Assembly: GCA_041171905.1 (NCBI GenBank)
Contig: JBEDKY010000392.1
Coordinates: 1 to 44,298 of the forward strand
DNA length: 44,298 bases
Direction: 5' to 3'
Source: Pseudomonadota bacterium
GTDB taxonomy: Bacteria; Bdellovibrionota_B; Oligoflexia; Silvanigrellales; Silvanigrellaceae
In this document: in pieces, positions 26,306 to 34,532 of the stretch
Position numbering within the stretch: position 1 is the first letter of the stretch
Layout: every line of letters starts with the position of its first letter
Notes under the pieces: model-generated
Databases searched by the model: none
What the model was told of the DNA's origin: nothing
Seen by the model: the letters and a program-made list of their open reading frames with translations, nothing else
Program-made: the position numbers and the translations under genes

Positions 26306-26941
26306 ATGGATAAAATTATTTGTGTTGGTAAAAACTATGCCGACCACGCAGCAGAATTGGGCGATGTTCATCCCGAAAAACCGCTCCTGTTCATTAAACC
26401 GCCCAGCGTTCTGCGCGCCGCGGAAGCAAACGATGCATTGGTCAAACTGACGCTCCCCAAACATTCCAGTCAGGTCCATCACGAAGTCGAACTTGTCTTC
26501 CGCATTGAGAAGGATGGCTATCAGATGACTGTCGAGCAAGCTGAACGTGCGCTCGGAGCGGTCACCGTGGGGCTCGACATGACGTTGCGTGACCTGCAGG
26601 GCGAAGCCAAGAAAAAAGGCACACCGTGGACAACTGGAAAAGTCTTCCGCGATGCGGCGGTCATTGGTCCATGGCTCAGGCTCTCGGATTTTTCCAACTA
26701 CAACAGTGAAATATTCTCGCTGTCCATCAACGACAAACTCGTCCAGAGCGCGACTGCGCTGCAGATGAGCCATTCTCCAGCCGCCTGCCTCGCCTACGCC
26801 TCACAATTTTTTCCGATCTGCGCAGGCGACCTGTTGTTCACAGGAACACCGGCAGGTGTCGGAGCTGTCAACGTCGGCGACAAAGGACTGTTGATGTTCG
26901 GATCTATCCGTTTCCTTGTGGAGTGGACGGAGTCACTCTGA
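26306..26941 (+). CDS. Fumarylacetoacetate hydrolase (FAH) family protein
   Basis: Motifs present: KIICVGKNYADHAAELG, HHEVELV, LDMTLRDLQ and LLFTGTPAGVG. ATG 26306 is preceded by GAGG. Confidence 0.85.
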   Translation: MDKIICVGKNYADHAAELGDVHPEKPLLFIKPPSVLRAAEANDALVKLTLPKHSSQVHHEVELVFRIEKDGYQMTVEQAERALGAVTVGLDMTLRDLQGEAKKKGTPWTTGKVFRDAAVIGPWLRLSDFSNYNSEIFSLSINDKLVQSATALQMSHSPAACLAYASQFFPICAGDLLFTGTPAGVGAVNVGDKGLLMFGSIRFLVEWTESL

Positions 26942-27536
26942 GGTCGCGCAACCCGCCTGATTTTTTCCAGGTGACTTCAGCAACGCCAGATTTGTGCTGA
27001 ACCCAGCGTGAAGCGACGAAAAGAAAATCCGAAAGACGGTTCAAGAACGGCACAGCCTGCGGATTGATTTCCGCCTGTTCATGAAGCTGCACTGCTATTC
27101 GCTCGGCCCGCCTGCAGACTGTACGCGCCATATGCAATTCGGCATTTATCCGAGTTCCGCCTGGCAATACAAACTCCCTGAGTGGCGGAAGAACTTCCTG
27201 CAACTCGTCGATCATCTGCTCAAGGCGGGTGATCTCCGATTCGCCGACAACGATCATGTTTTCCCAGCGTGACGCGATAGGTGTCGCGAGATCGCCTCCC
27301 AAATTGAACAGATCATTCTGTATGCATTCAAGCCATGCATCGAGCGTCGCAACTGAAGCTGGCTGCAGAATCCGTGACTCCTGCAATGAGCTTCTGCACA
27401 CGCCAACGAGGGCGTTGAGTTCATCTACTGTGCCATACGTTTCAAGGCGAAGGTCGGCTTTCGAGACTCGTGAGCCGTCGGCGAGGCTTGTCGTTCCCTT
27501 GTCGCCGGTCTTTGTGTAAACACGGGTAATTCTCAC
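26904..27536 (-). CDS. pduO: PduO-type ATP:cob(I)alamin adenosyltransferase
   Basis: RITRVYTKTGDKGTTSL...ETYGTVDELNALVGV is the hallmark PduO/MMAB N-terminus. The SD for GTG 27536 (GAGGAA) overlaps the tolB stop codon. Confidence 0.88.
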   Translation of the reverse strand: MRITRVYTKTGDKGTTSLADGSRVSKADLRLETYGTVDELNALVGVCRSSLQESRILQPASVATLDAWLECIQNDLFNLGGDLATPIASRWENMIVVGESEITRLEQMIDELQEVLPPLREFVLPGGTRINAELHMARTVCRRAERIAVQLHEQAEINPQAVPFLNRLSDFLFVASRWVQHKSGVAEVTWKKSGGLRDLRVTPSTPQGNG

Positions 27537-27545
27537 TGCATTTCC

Positions 27546-28982
27546 TCAATCAACGGAATCAAGAAACGGACTCCAAACCGGCATCACGACGTCGTGAAGC
27601 GGAATGCTGAGTGGACGAACATTTGTTCCGTCCCTGCTCATCACGTAAAGTTTGTAGGTATTCGCCTTTCCACGGCCTTTGAGCAAGCGGTTGGATTGAA
27701 AAACAATGAACCGGCCGTCCGGAGACCACGATGGCTTTTCGTTGTCTCCCTGATCGAGAGTGAGGCGCTCCATCTGGCGGCCGTCCGGATTCACGGTGAA
27801 AATATCGTACCGGTCAATGTCGCGGTCGTATCCTGCAAAAGCCAGTTTGCGGCCGTCCCGCCGCCATGACGGCGAGGAATTGTACCAACCAGCAAAGGTG
27901 ATGCGGGTATCACTGTCGACGCGTAAATCTCTGATGAACAAATGCGGATTGCCGAAGCGGCCGCTGACGAACGCAACCTTGCCGCCATCGGGCGAGTACG
28001 CAGGCTCAACCTCGAGTCCACTTCCGCTGATGAATGTCTTACGATCGCTGCCGTCGAGTGAATTGACGGTAAAAATACTCGTGAGTCCGGAATGACTTCC
28101 AGAGAACGCGATCTTGCGTCCGTCCGGATGCCAGTTTGCTCCCGAGTTGTTGCCAAATCCCGCGGTCAATTTGGAGGTTTTTTGAGTCAGCATGTTGTAA
28201 ACAAAGATGTCGGCCTTGCCATCACGGAACGAAGTGTATGTGAGTTTGGTTCCGTCGGGCGACCAGGATGGACTCATGTTGATCGAACCGTTGTTGGTAA
28301 CCTGCCGCAGCCCCGAGCCGTCGAGATTGGCCACAAAAATCTGTCGCGGCTCCCCGCTCTTGCGGGTTCCGGCAAAAGCCAATTTTGTTGAGAAGATCCC
28401 TTTGTCACCTGTCAGTTTTTCAATGCATTTATCGGCAAAGCGACGCAGTGCGCGATCGAGATCGCTCACCTCAAAATCGGAATACCGGACACCGTGCAGC
28501 TGTCTGCGCCGCTTGACATCAAAGAAGCGCATCTCAAGTGTGTACTTGCCAATCGCAGTGCTCGGAACAAATTTTCCGAGGATGACTCCCTCTGTTTGCA
28601 GCGGAGCCCACTCCTCATATTGGATTGGTTTGATTGCAATATTGCCCTTGGCAAGAAAACTCGCTGCTGGCACAAAATCGAACGACCCCATGAAGGAAAA
28701 AATATCAGCGAGCTTGTTTGCAGCAAATTCGCGGTCGGCCTCCGAGACCGACGAGCCGGGCTCCACTCCAAACATCGGAATTGCCATCTTGAATTTTCGG
28801 GCTCCGGCACGGCCAACATCGATGAAAAGTTCACCGTCGGATGACTGCGCGGCTGCAGCCGGCGTTGCCTGCGCGGGGGACGCATGAAGCGAGGGCTGCA
28901 TGCTGAACATAAACAACCCCAGCGCGATGAACCAAAAAGTCTTGAATGAAAAACCAAACTTTTTTGAACTGTTCACAATCAT
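27546..28982 (-). CDS. tolB: Tol-Pal system beta-propeller protein TolB
   Basis: A signal peptide and the TolB N-terminal domain are present. Repeated propeller blades carry SPSWSPDG, GANWHPDG, EPAYSPDG and KPSWSPDG motifs. Confidence 0.93.
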   Translation of the reverse strand: MIVNSSKKFGFSFKTFWFIALGLFMFSMQPSLHASPAQATPAAAAQSSDGELFIDVGRAGARKFKMAIPMFGVEPGSSVSEADREFAANKLADIFSFMGSFDFVPAASFLAKGNIAIKPIQYEEWAPLQTEGVILGKFVPSTAIGKYTLEMRFFDVKRRRQLHGVRYSDFEVSDLDRALRRFADKCIEKLTGDKGIFSTKLAFAGTRKSGEPRQIFVANLDGSGLRQVTNNGSINMSPSWSPDGTKLTYTSFRDGKADIFVYNMLTQKTSKLTAGFGNNSGANWHPDGRKIAFSGSHSGLTSIFTVNSLDGSDRKTFISGSGLEVEPAYSPDGGKVAFVSGRFGNPHLFIRDLRVDSDTRITFAGWYNSSPSWRRDGRKLAFAGYDRDIDRYDIFTVNPDGRQMERLTLDQGDNEKPSWSPDGRFIVFQSNRLLKGRGKANTYKLYVMSRDGTNVRPLSIPLHDVVMPVWSPFLDSVD

Positions 28983-28991
28983 ATCCTGACC

Positions 28992-30185
28992 CTAAAAATT
29001 GATGCTGTTGGGCGAAAATTTCATGCGCAATGAAAGCTTTTGTCCCATTTCTTTGGGCAAGTCTGGAAACGGACCAGCCGCTTCGAGTGCCTTCATCGCC
29101 TCTTCGTCAAAGCGCGCATTGCCGCTTCCCTTGACGACCCTCACGCGACCGAGAATCCGGCCGTAGCCATTGATGTCAAAGCCAAGCACAACCTCGAGCT
29201 TCGGCTCAAAAGTCATCACGTCCGGGAGACTCCAGTGCTTGCGCATGTGCATAGCAGCGGCGTGGGCGTATTCATTGCGCACCTGCAATCCCGCTTTGCC
29301 CTGCAAGCTTCCCGCCTGACTCAGAGTCGATGGTGGCTTTGGCAGATCACGGCCAAGTGGATTGATGGGTATATCAGTGGGACGCTTGAAAACATCGTTG
29401 GCAGTTTTTTTGTCGGTGCCAGCGCGTTCTTTTGCGCCCACTGCACGCTGTTCCTTTTCAAGCCGCTTGGCGAGTTCTTCAAGCTTCATCTTCTTCGCTG
29501 CCGCCGGGTCGACCCGTTCGACCACCGGAGCTGGCGTCGGAGCGGTGGTCGCCGCGGGTGTCGGTGTGACAGCCGCCATTGCAGTGGGGACAGGCGTCGC
29601 CGCAACTGCATCCGGTGAAGCAAGCGAGTTGTCGACAGGTGCGGGAGTCGCAGCATCGATAGTCAACGATTTGGGCAACTGCGGCAGCTGCTGCGCAGTT
29701 TTGAGTGCCTCGGCTTCAATTTTTTCATCGGCAATTTTGCCATCTGGCAGAGCCTTGCCCATATCTGCCGAAAGCCCAAAGGCGACCTCGATTGGCTCAG
29801 ATTCAAGTTTGTCGAACGGATTGCTGATTTCGCTGAATTGCATGAAGCCTATGATGATGCCAGCCACAACAGCATGCCAAAGAATCGAAAAACCGAGCGG
29901 CCACGGACCCAGTCCATCGTCCTCAAGATTTTCCATACGCAGTCGCTGTGCAAAGGCGTGATCATCGATGCGCGGCTCGGGGGAAATCATAAACCGCGCA
30001 GAGAAGGGAACCTCAAGATCGGGTTCAGGTGAAAACTCATGCAAGAGAGTTTCGTTCCAAAGAAGCTCGGGCTCCCTGCGCGTTTGAGCAAGATTTTCAC
30101 CGGCGATCCAAAGCATTTCATCGCCGTCAATATGCGGCGACGCTTTCAGTGCAATGCTGCTGTCTGTGCCTGAGTTCGACATCAT
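28992..30185 (-). CDS. tolA: TolA-like protein with TonB-type C-terminal domain and long cytoplasmic N-terminal extension
   Basis: A single TM helix (WPLGFSILWHAVVAGIIIGFMQF) sits at about aa 95-117. A Pro/Ala/Thr-rich linker and a Lys/Glu-rich helix follow. The TonB_C-like end is GYGRILGRVRVVKGSGNARFDEEAMKALE. The gene lies between tolR and tolB. Confidence 0.7.
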   Translation of the reverse strand: MMSNSGTDSSIALKASPHIDGDEMLWIAGENLAQTRREPELLWNETLLHEFSPEPDLEVPFSARFMISPEPRIDDHAFAQRLRMENLEDDGLGPWPLGFSILWHAVVAGIIIGFMQFSEISNPFDKLESEPIEVAFGLSADMGKALPDGKIADEKIEAEALKTAQQLPQLPKSLTIDAATPAPVDNSLASPDAVAATPVPTAMAAVTPTPAATTAPTPAPVVERVDPAAAKKMKLEELAKRLEKEQRAVGAKERAGTDKKTANDVFKRPTDIPINPLGRDLPKPPSTLSQAGSLQGKAGLQVRNEYAHAAAMHMRKHWSLPDVMTFEPKLEVVLGFDINGYGRILGRVRVVKGSGNARFDEEAMKALEAAGPFPDLPKEMGQKLSLRMKFSPNSINF

Positions 30186-30641
30186 TTACCGAGCCTTCGC
30201 CCCGCTTCCAGTTCCTTCGCCCATCATACCGATCTTCTTTGCACCGGCATTCTGTGCTGCAGACATGGCGTCCATAACTTTCGCGTACATCACTTCGCGG
30301 TCGGCGCGGATGAAAACAGTCGGCTGCTCCTGTCCCACCAGCGCAGCTTGAATCTTGCTCGTCAGTTCATCCTTGCGCACTGCTTTTTTACCGAGAAAAA
30401 ATTCGCCCTGCTCAGAAATTGAAACGACCACCGGGTCCTGGCCGAGACTTAAAGTCTTGGCTTTTGATTTTGGCAGCTGGATGTCAACGCCCGAAACTGC
30501 AAACGGTGCCGTCACCATGAATATAATCAACAGCACCAACATACCATCCACGAACGGTGTGATGTTTATGTCAGCCAGCAGTGATGAGCGTCCAAATGAT
30601 GACGAGCCAGATTCGTCGGCGTCGCCGGTTCTCATTGCCAT
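30186..30641 (-). CDS. tolR: ExbD/TolR biopolymer transport protein
   Basis: ADINITPFVDGMLVLLIIFMV is followed by an ExbD periplasmic domain. The gene lies within the tol cluster. Confidence 0.85.
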   Translation of the reverse strand: MAMRTGDADESGSSSFGRSSLLADINITPFVDGMLVLLIIFMVTAPFAVSGVDIQLPKSKAKTLSLGQDPVVVSISEQGEFFLGKKAVRKDELTSKIQAALVGQEQPTVFIRADREVMYAKVMDAMSAAQNAGAKKIGMMGEGTGSGAKAR

Positions 30642-30673
30642 GAATTCACCTCATGCTCTGCAAGTCAGTCGGT

Positions 30674-31441
30674 TCAGGCGTCAGCGATAGTCGACAGGGC
30701 CGAGCCGGCAACGGGTGTGTGCGGCACCACCTGCTCAGAGCGTCCCAGATTAAAATGACGTTCGAGAATATTGAGAAAGTCGGTCGAAAATCCTTCGAGA
30801 ATTAACAGCTGCTGCCGCGCCTTACCCGCAAAGAAGTTGTATGCGATGACCGCCGGAATTGCGGCTGCAAGACCGAGCGCCGTTGCAATGAGCGCCTCTG
30901 AGATACCCGGAGCAACTGCGGCAAGACTCGACGAACCCGTTTGTCCGATATCGTGAAAGGCGCGGATGATACCGACCACGGTACCGAACAGCCCGATAAA
31001 TGGACAAGCCGAAGCAGATACTGCCAAAAAGGTCATGTTGCGTGACAACTGGACTTCTTCCAACTGACGCGACTTGCCGAGCGCCCGTCGGACTGTGTCT
31101 ATAGACAGCGGGGCGCTCGACGAGAGTCCGCGTTTTTCGCGCACCTGCAGCACACGCACCATTTCATTGTAGCCTGAGCGAAAAACTTCCCGCGCAGGAC
31201 TGTAGTCGAGGTCTTTGAGCTTGCCATTGAGGTCGGAGAGACTCTTGGAATCCCAGAACTCCTGCATGAAGTCGTCAGACATCATCTGCAGATGACGCAA
31301 AGCGCGCCAGCGCTCAAAAATGACAGCCCAAGTCGCAACCGACAGAAGGACAAGTAGAATAAGAATAGAAACGCCAACAGGACCACCGTTGGTCAGAACG
31401 GAAAGCCAGTTAACACCATCAAGCTGGGTTGCGTCGGCCAT
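30674..31441 (-). CDS. tolQ: MotA/TolQ/ExbB proton-channel protein
   Basis: Three TM segments are present, with GLFGTVVGIIRAF and APGISEALIATALGLAAAIPA. The RBS GAGGAG lies upstream. Confidence 0.88.
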   Translation of the reverse strand: MADATQLDGVNWLSVLTNGGPVGVSILILLVLLSVATWAVIFERWRALRHLQMMSDDFMQEFWDSKSLSDLNGKLKDLDYSPAREVFRSGYNEMVRVLQVREKRGLSSSAPLSIDTVRRALGKSRQLEEVQLSRNMTFLAVSASACPFIGLFGTVVGIIRAFHDIGQTGSSSLAAVAPGISEALIATALGLAAAIPAVIAYNFFAGKARQQLLILEGFSTDFLNILERHFNLGRSEQVVPHTPVAGSALSTIADA

Positions 31442-31476
31442 AGGAACTCCTCATATATGCCCTCACGGATCATATC

Positions 31477-32196
31477 TTACGATTCCTGCAACCCTGGCAC
31501 CAATCCTCTGTCAACACACAGATTTAAGATTGCCCGCACAACTGCGGACGGCTCGAGTTCAGTCGAATCCAGTAAGACAGCATCCTCCGCCGCGCGCATA
31601 GGAGCGACCAATCGGTTGGCATCACGGGCATCACGCTCGTGAATCTCACGAATCAGTTCATCCAGACTCGGTTCAAGGTTTTGCGAACGCAATTCCTCGA
31701 GCCGACGCTGGGCCCGCTGCTCCGGCGAAGCTGTCAGGAATATTTTCAGCGGAGCGTCGGGAAATACAACTGTCCCCATGTCACGTCCGTCCACAACCGC
31801 CCCATTGCAATCCAGAACAACTTTCCTTTGAACGGGCAGAAGGCGCCTCCGGACGAGTTCATCCTGAGCGACCAGGCTGGCTTGCTCGGATACAAAAGGA
31901 GTGCGAATTTCGTGGGTAATTTCACGATCACCAAGAAAAACTCGGCCGCTGCGCGGGTCTTGTCTGTAGCGTTCCGAGAGGAAGGCAACAAATCGTTCGA
32001 TTGAGCCTCGGTCTTGAACGCCCGTACCTGCCTCAAAAAGCATCAATGCAAGTGTTCGATAAATGGCGCCTGTGGTGACGTAAATCCATCCGAGCCGATG
32101 GGCGAGCATCCTCGAGACCGTACTCTTGCCCGAGCCGGCCGGTCCGTCGATCGTGATGACTTTGACGCTTTCTTGGTTTGTGACAACAAGGGTCAT
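31477..32196 (-). CDS. cmk: Cytidylate kinase
   Basis: Motifs present: ITIDGPAGSGKSTV (P-loop) and VVDGRDMGTVVFPDAPLKIFLTASPEQRAQRR. ATG 32196 overlaps the accA stop (ATGA). Confidence 0.9.
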   Translation of the reverse strand: MTLVVTNQESVKVITIDGPAGSGKSTVSRMLAHRLGWIYVTTGAIYRTLALMLFEAGTGVQDRGSIERFVAFLSERYRQDPRSGRVFLGDREITHEIRTPFVSEQASLVAQDELVRRRLLPVQRKVVLDCNGAVVDGRDMGTVVFPDAPLKIFLTASPEQRAQRRLEELRSQNLEPSLDELIREIHERDARDANRLVAPMRAAEDAVLLDSTELEPSAVVRAILNLCVDRGLVPGLQES

Positions 32197-33272
32197 GAGA
32201 GCGGAAAGTCTCCGCTGAATCCAGTTGTTCTGGAGAGTTGCTCCCAGCTTTGCGTCCACGCTGGAACGGGCGCCGCCTCGGTGCGGAAGGGCGATACGGG
32301 CTCGCGACTCTCCACTTTGCCCATAGCCGCGAATTTTTGATGGCGTTGTTTCTTCAGTTGCTCTGAACTCATTTTTCCGAGCTCGAGCAGATGTTTTTCA
32401 AGCACATCGCCGACGTTCTTGATGGCTTCGACGGGCTTCCAGTGAGCCGCACCAAGCGGCTCGGGGATGATCTCATCGATGACACCCAGATTCAAAGCGT
32501 TTTGCGCCGTCACTCCGAGCGCAGCGGCTGCACGGTCGGCCTGTGTTCCGTCTTTCCACAAAATGGACGCACAACCCTCGGGAGAAATCACACTGTAGGT
32601 GCTGTATTGAAGCATCAGAACGCGATTTCCAACACCGATGGCGAGAGCGCCTCCGCTGCCGCCTTCTCCGACGACCACCGAAATGATCGGAACACCGAGC
32701 TTGAACATGACCATGATATTTTTTGCGATGGCCTCGCTCTGACCACGCTCTTCGGCATCAATCCCCGGATACGCTCCGGGCGTGTCGATAAAGGTGACGA
32801 TTGGCAGCTTAAAGCGCTCGGCCAACGTCATCAGGCGAAGCGCCTTTCTGTAGCCCTCCGGTCTTGGCATACCGAAGTTTCTCTTCATATTTTCTTTTGT
32901 GCCACGGCCCTTTTGGTGTCCGACAAAAACAACCCGGTGGCCGCGGAAGGTGCCGATGCCGCCAACGATTGCCGCATCGTCCATAAAGTTGCGGTCACCC
33001 TGCAGTTCAACGAAATCGTCGCAGAGCTGGTTCACGATATCGAGTGTGTAAGGCCTGTGGGGATGACGGCTCAGCTGTGTGATCTCATAGGGAGTCAGAT
33101 TGGAGAAAATCTGCTTCGCAAGCGTTTCAAACTGCTCGTCGAGAACCCTAATCTCGGCACCGAGTTCCTTTTCATTTTTTCCCGACAACTGCGACTGGCG
33201 TGCCTGAGCGCGCAATTCGGTGATGCGGTTGCTCAACTCCAACAACGGACGCTCGAGGGGTAAAACCTCCAT
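32193..33272 (-). CDS. accA: Acetyl-CoA carboxylase carboxyltransferase alpha subunit (with roughly 40-aa C-terminal tail)
   Basis: Motifs present: HPHRPYTLD, TFIDTPGAYPGIDAEERGQSEAIA and VVGEGGSGGALAIG. Confidence 0.95.
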   Translation of the reverse strand: MEVLPLERPLLELSNRITELRAQARQSQLSGKNEKELGAEIRVLDEQFETLAKQIFSNLTPYEITQLSRHPHRPYTLDIVNQLCDDFVELQGDRNFMDDAAIVGGIGTFRGHRVVFVGHQKGRGTKENMKRNFGMPRPEGYRKALRLMTLAERFKLPIVTFIDTPGAYPGIDAEERGQSEAIAKNIMVMFKLGVPIISVVVGEGGSGGALAIGVGNRVLMLQYSTYSVISPEGCASILWKDGTQADRAAAALGVTAQNALNLGVIDEIIPEPLGAAHWKPVEAIKNVGDVLEKHLLELGKMSSEQLKKQRHQKFAAMGKVESREPVSPFRTEAAPVPAWTQSWEQLSRTTGFSGDFPLS

Positions 33273-33365
33273 GATCCTGTCCTCACTTTTTTGAGAGCTG
33301 TTTCACAGTTCCGACCCCGACGTGGTAACAAATCAGTGGGGTATGGTCAAAAAGGAGGTCCACCG

Positions 33366-34532
33366 GTGGCTCAGGACCCAATATCAGCCAATCAAAACGT
33401 CCGCCGCGGAATGGACGACCTTGTTGTTGACACAACGTCCATCAGTTGGGTCAACGGACAACAAGGCCGACTCTATTATCGCGGCTTTCGCGTCGAAGAC
33501 CTCGCCGAAAAGGCCAGTTTCGAGGAGGTCGCCTACCTACTGCTCTGTGGTCATCTCCCCAACCAGCGGCAATTGAATTCATTCAGCTGGAAATTGCGGC
33601 AGCTGTCGCATACTCCGGAAAAAACAATCCGCATTTTGCAGGAACTTCCCAGGCACACCGCTCCGCTCGCCGCACTGCAAACAGCCCTTGCAGCGCTGGG
33701 CTGCACTGACCCCGGTCCCAAATACTCAGAAGAAGAGACGCTGTTGGGTTTGGCCATGCGCGTCATCGCTCAGACACCCATCATTCTAGCTGCCTTTTAT
33801 CGCCTGCATCAGGGTTCACCCATTCTGTCGGCGCGTGATGATCTCTCGCATGCGGAAAATTTCCTCTACATGCTGCATGGTCAGGTGCCCTCCAAAAAAG
33901 CCTCCCGCGCGATGGAAATTGCGCTGATTCTTCAGATGGATCATGGCTTCAATTCATCAACTTTTACCGCCCGCGCCGTGGCTTCGACATTGACGAACAT
34001 GTACGCAGCAACCAGCGCGGCTGTCGGTGCCCTCAGTGGTCCATTGCACGGCGGCGCAAGTGAGCAGGTTGTCGAAATGCTCGCCGAGATCGAAGAGTGG
34101 GGCGACACCGACTCATATCTGGATCATCTGTTTGCCTCGGGTGGCAAAGTCATGGGGATGGGGCACCGGGTTTACAAACAAACCGATCCGCGCGCCGTCG
34201 TCTTTGAGCAATTGCTGAAAGAACTCACGGCTAACGAAGACAATCCCAAGGACATAAAAATACTGGCGCACGTTGCAAGACGCGCGCGCGAACATTTCGC
34301 AGAACGCGATCGTCCGATTCACGTCAACGTCGATTTTTGGAGCGGAGCAGTTTACCGCCGGCTGGGTATTCAACCTATTTTATTCCCAGCGATCTTTGCC
34401 GCCGCCCGGATCGTCGGTTGGTGTTCGCACATCATTGAACTCCGCCAGAACAACCGGCTCTATCGACCGCTGTCGTCGTACACCGGTCCGATTGATCTGT
34501 CGTTCACACCGCTTGCAGACAGGCCGGCATGA
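33366..34532 (+). CDS. gltA: Citrate synthase
   Basis: Motifs present: GRLYYRGF, GALSGPLHGGASE and VMGMGHRVYKQTDPRA. The GTG at 33366 lies 8 nt after AAGGAGG. The maximal ORF starts at 33291. Confidence 0.9.
   Translation: MAQDPISANQNVRRGMDDLVVDTTSISWVNGQQGRLYYRGFRVEDLAEKASFEEVAYLLLCGHLPNQRQLNSFSWKLRQLSHTPEKTIRILQELPRHTAPLAALQTALAALGCTDPGPKYSEEETLLGLAMRVIAQTPIILAAFYRLHQGSPILSARDDLSHAENFLYMLHGQVPSKKASRAMEIALILQMDHGFNSSTFTARAVASTLTNMYAATSAAVGALSGPLHGGASEQVVEMLAEIEEWGDTDSYLDHLFASGGKVMGMGHRVYKQTDPRAVVFEQLLKELTANEDNPKDIKILAHVARRAREHFAERDRPIHVNVDFWSGAVYRRLGIQPILFPAIFAAARIVGWCSHIIELRQNNRLYRPLSSYTGPIDLSFTPLADRPA

Noticed and set aside
27546-31441. I considered whether the MotA/ExbB-like and ExbD-like genes, together with the SNF2 helicase, could be a Zorya-like (ZorAB + ZorD) defence system.
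   Set aside because: The two membrane genes are followed directly by TolA-like and TolB genes, which is a canonical Tol cluster. The SNF2 gene is over 1.4 kb beyond the end of the cluster (over 4 kb from tolQ/tolR), separated by two unrelated genes and in a separate transcription unit. No ZorC-like gene is present.
32391-33263. A 290-aa ORF lies antisense to accA. Similar long antisense ORFs occur inside tex (12777-13568), rng (35864-36703), gyrB (43224-43985), gyrA (42677-43264), tgt (7608-8264), tolB (28207-28887) and tolA (29362-29961).
   Set aside because: Each lies entirely within a confidently identified gene on the opposite strand. Each has the Asp/Leu/Arg/Val-rich composition typical of shadow frames and carries no recognisable motif or RBS. 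I treat them as codon-complement artefacts, not overlapping genes.
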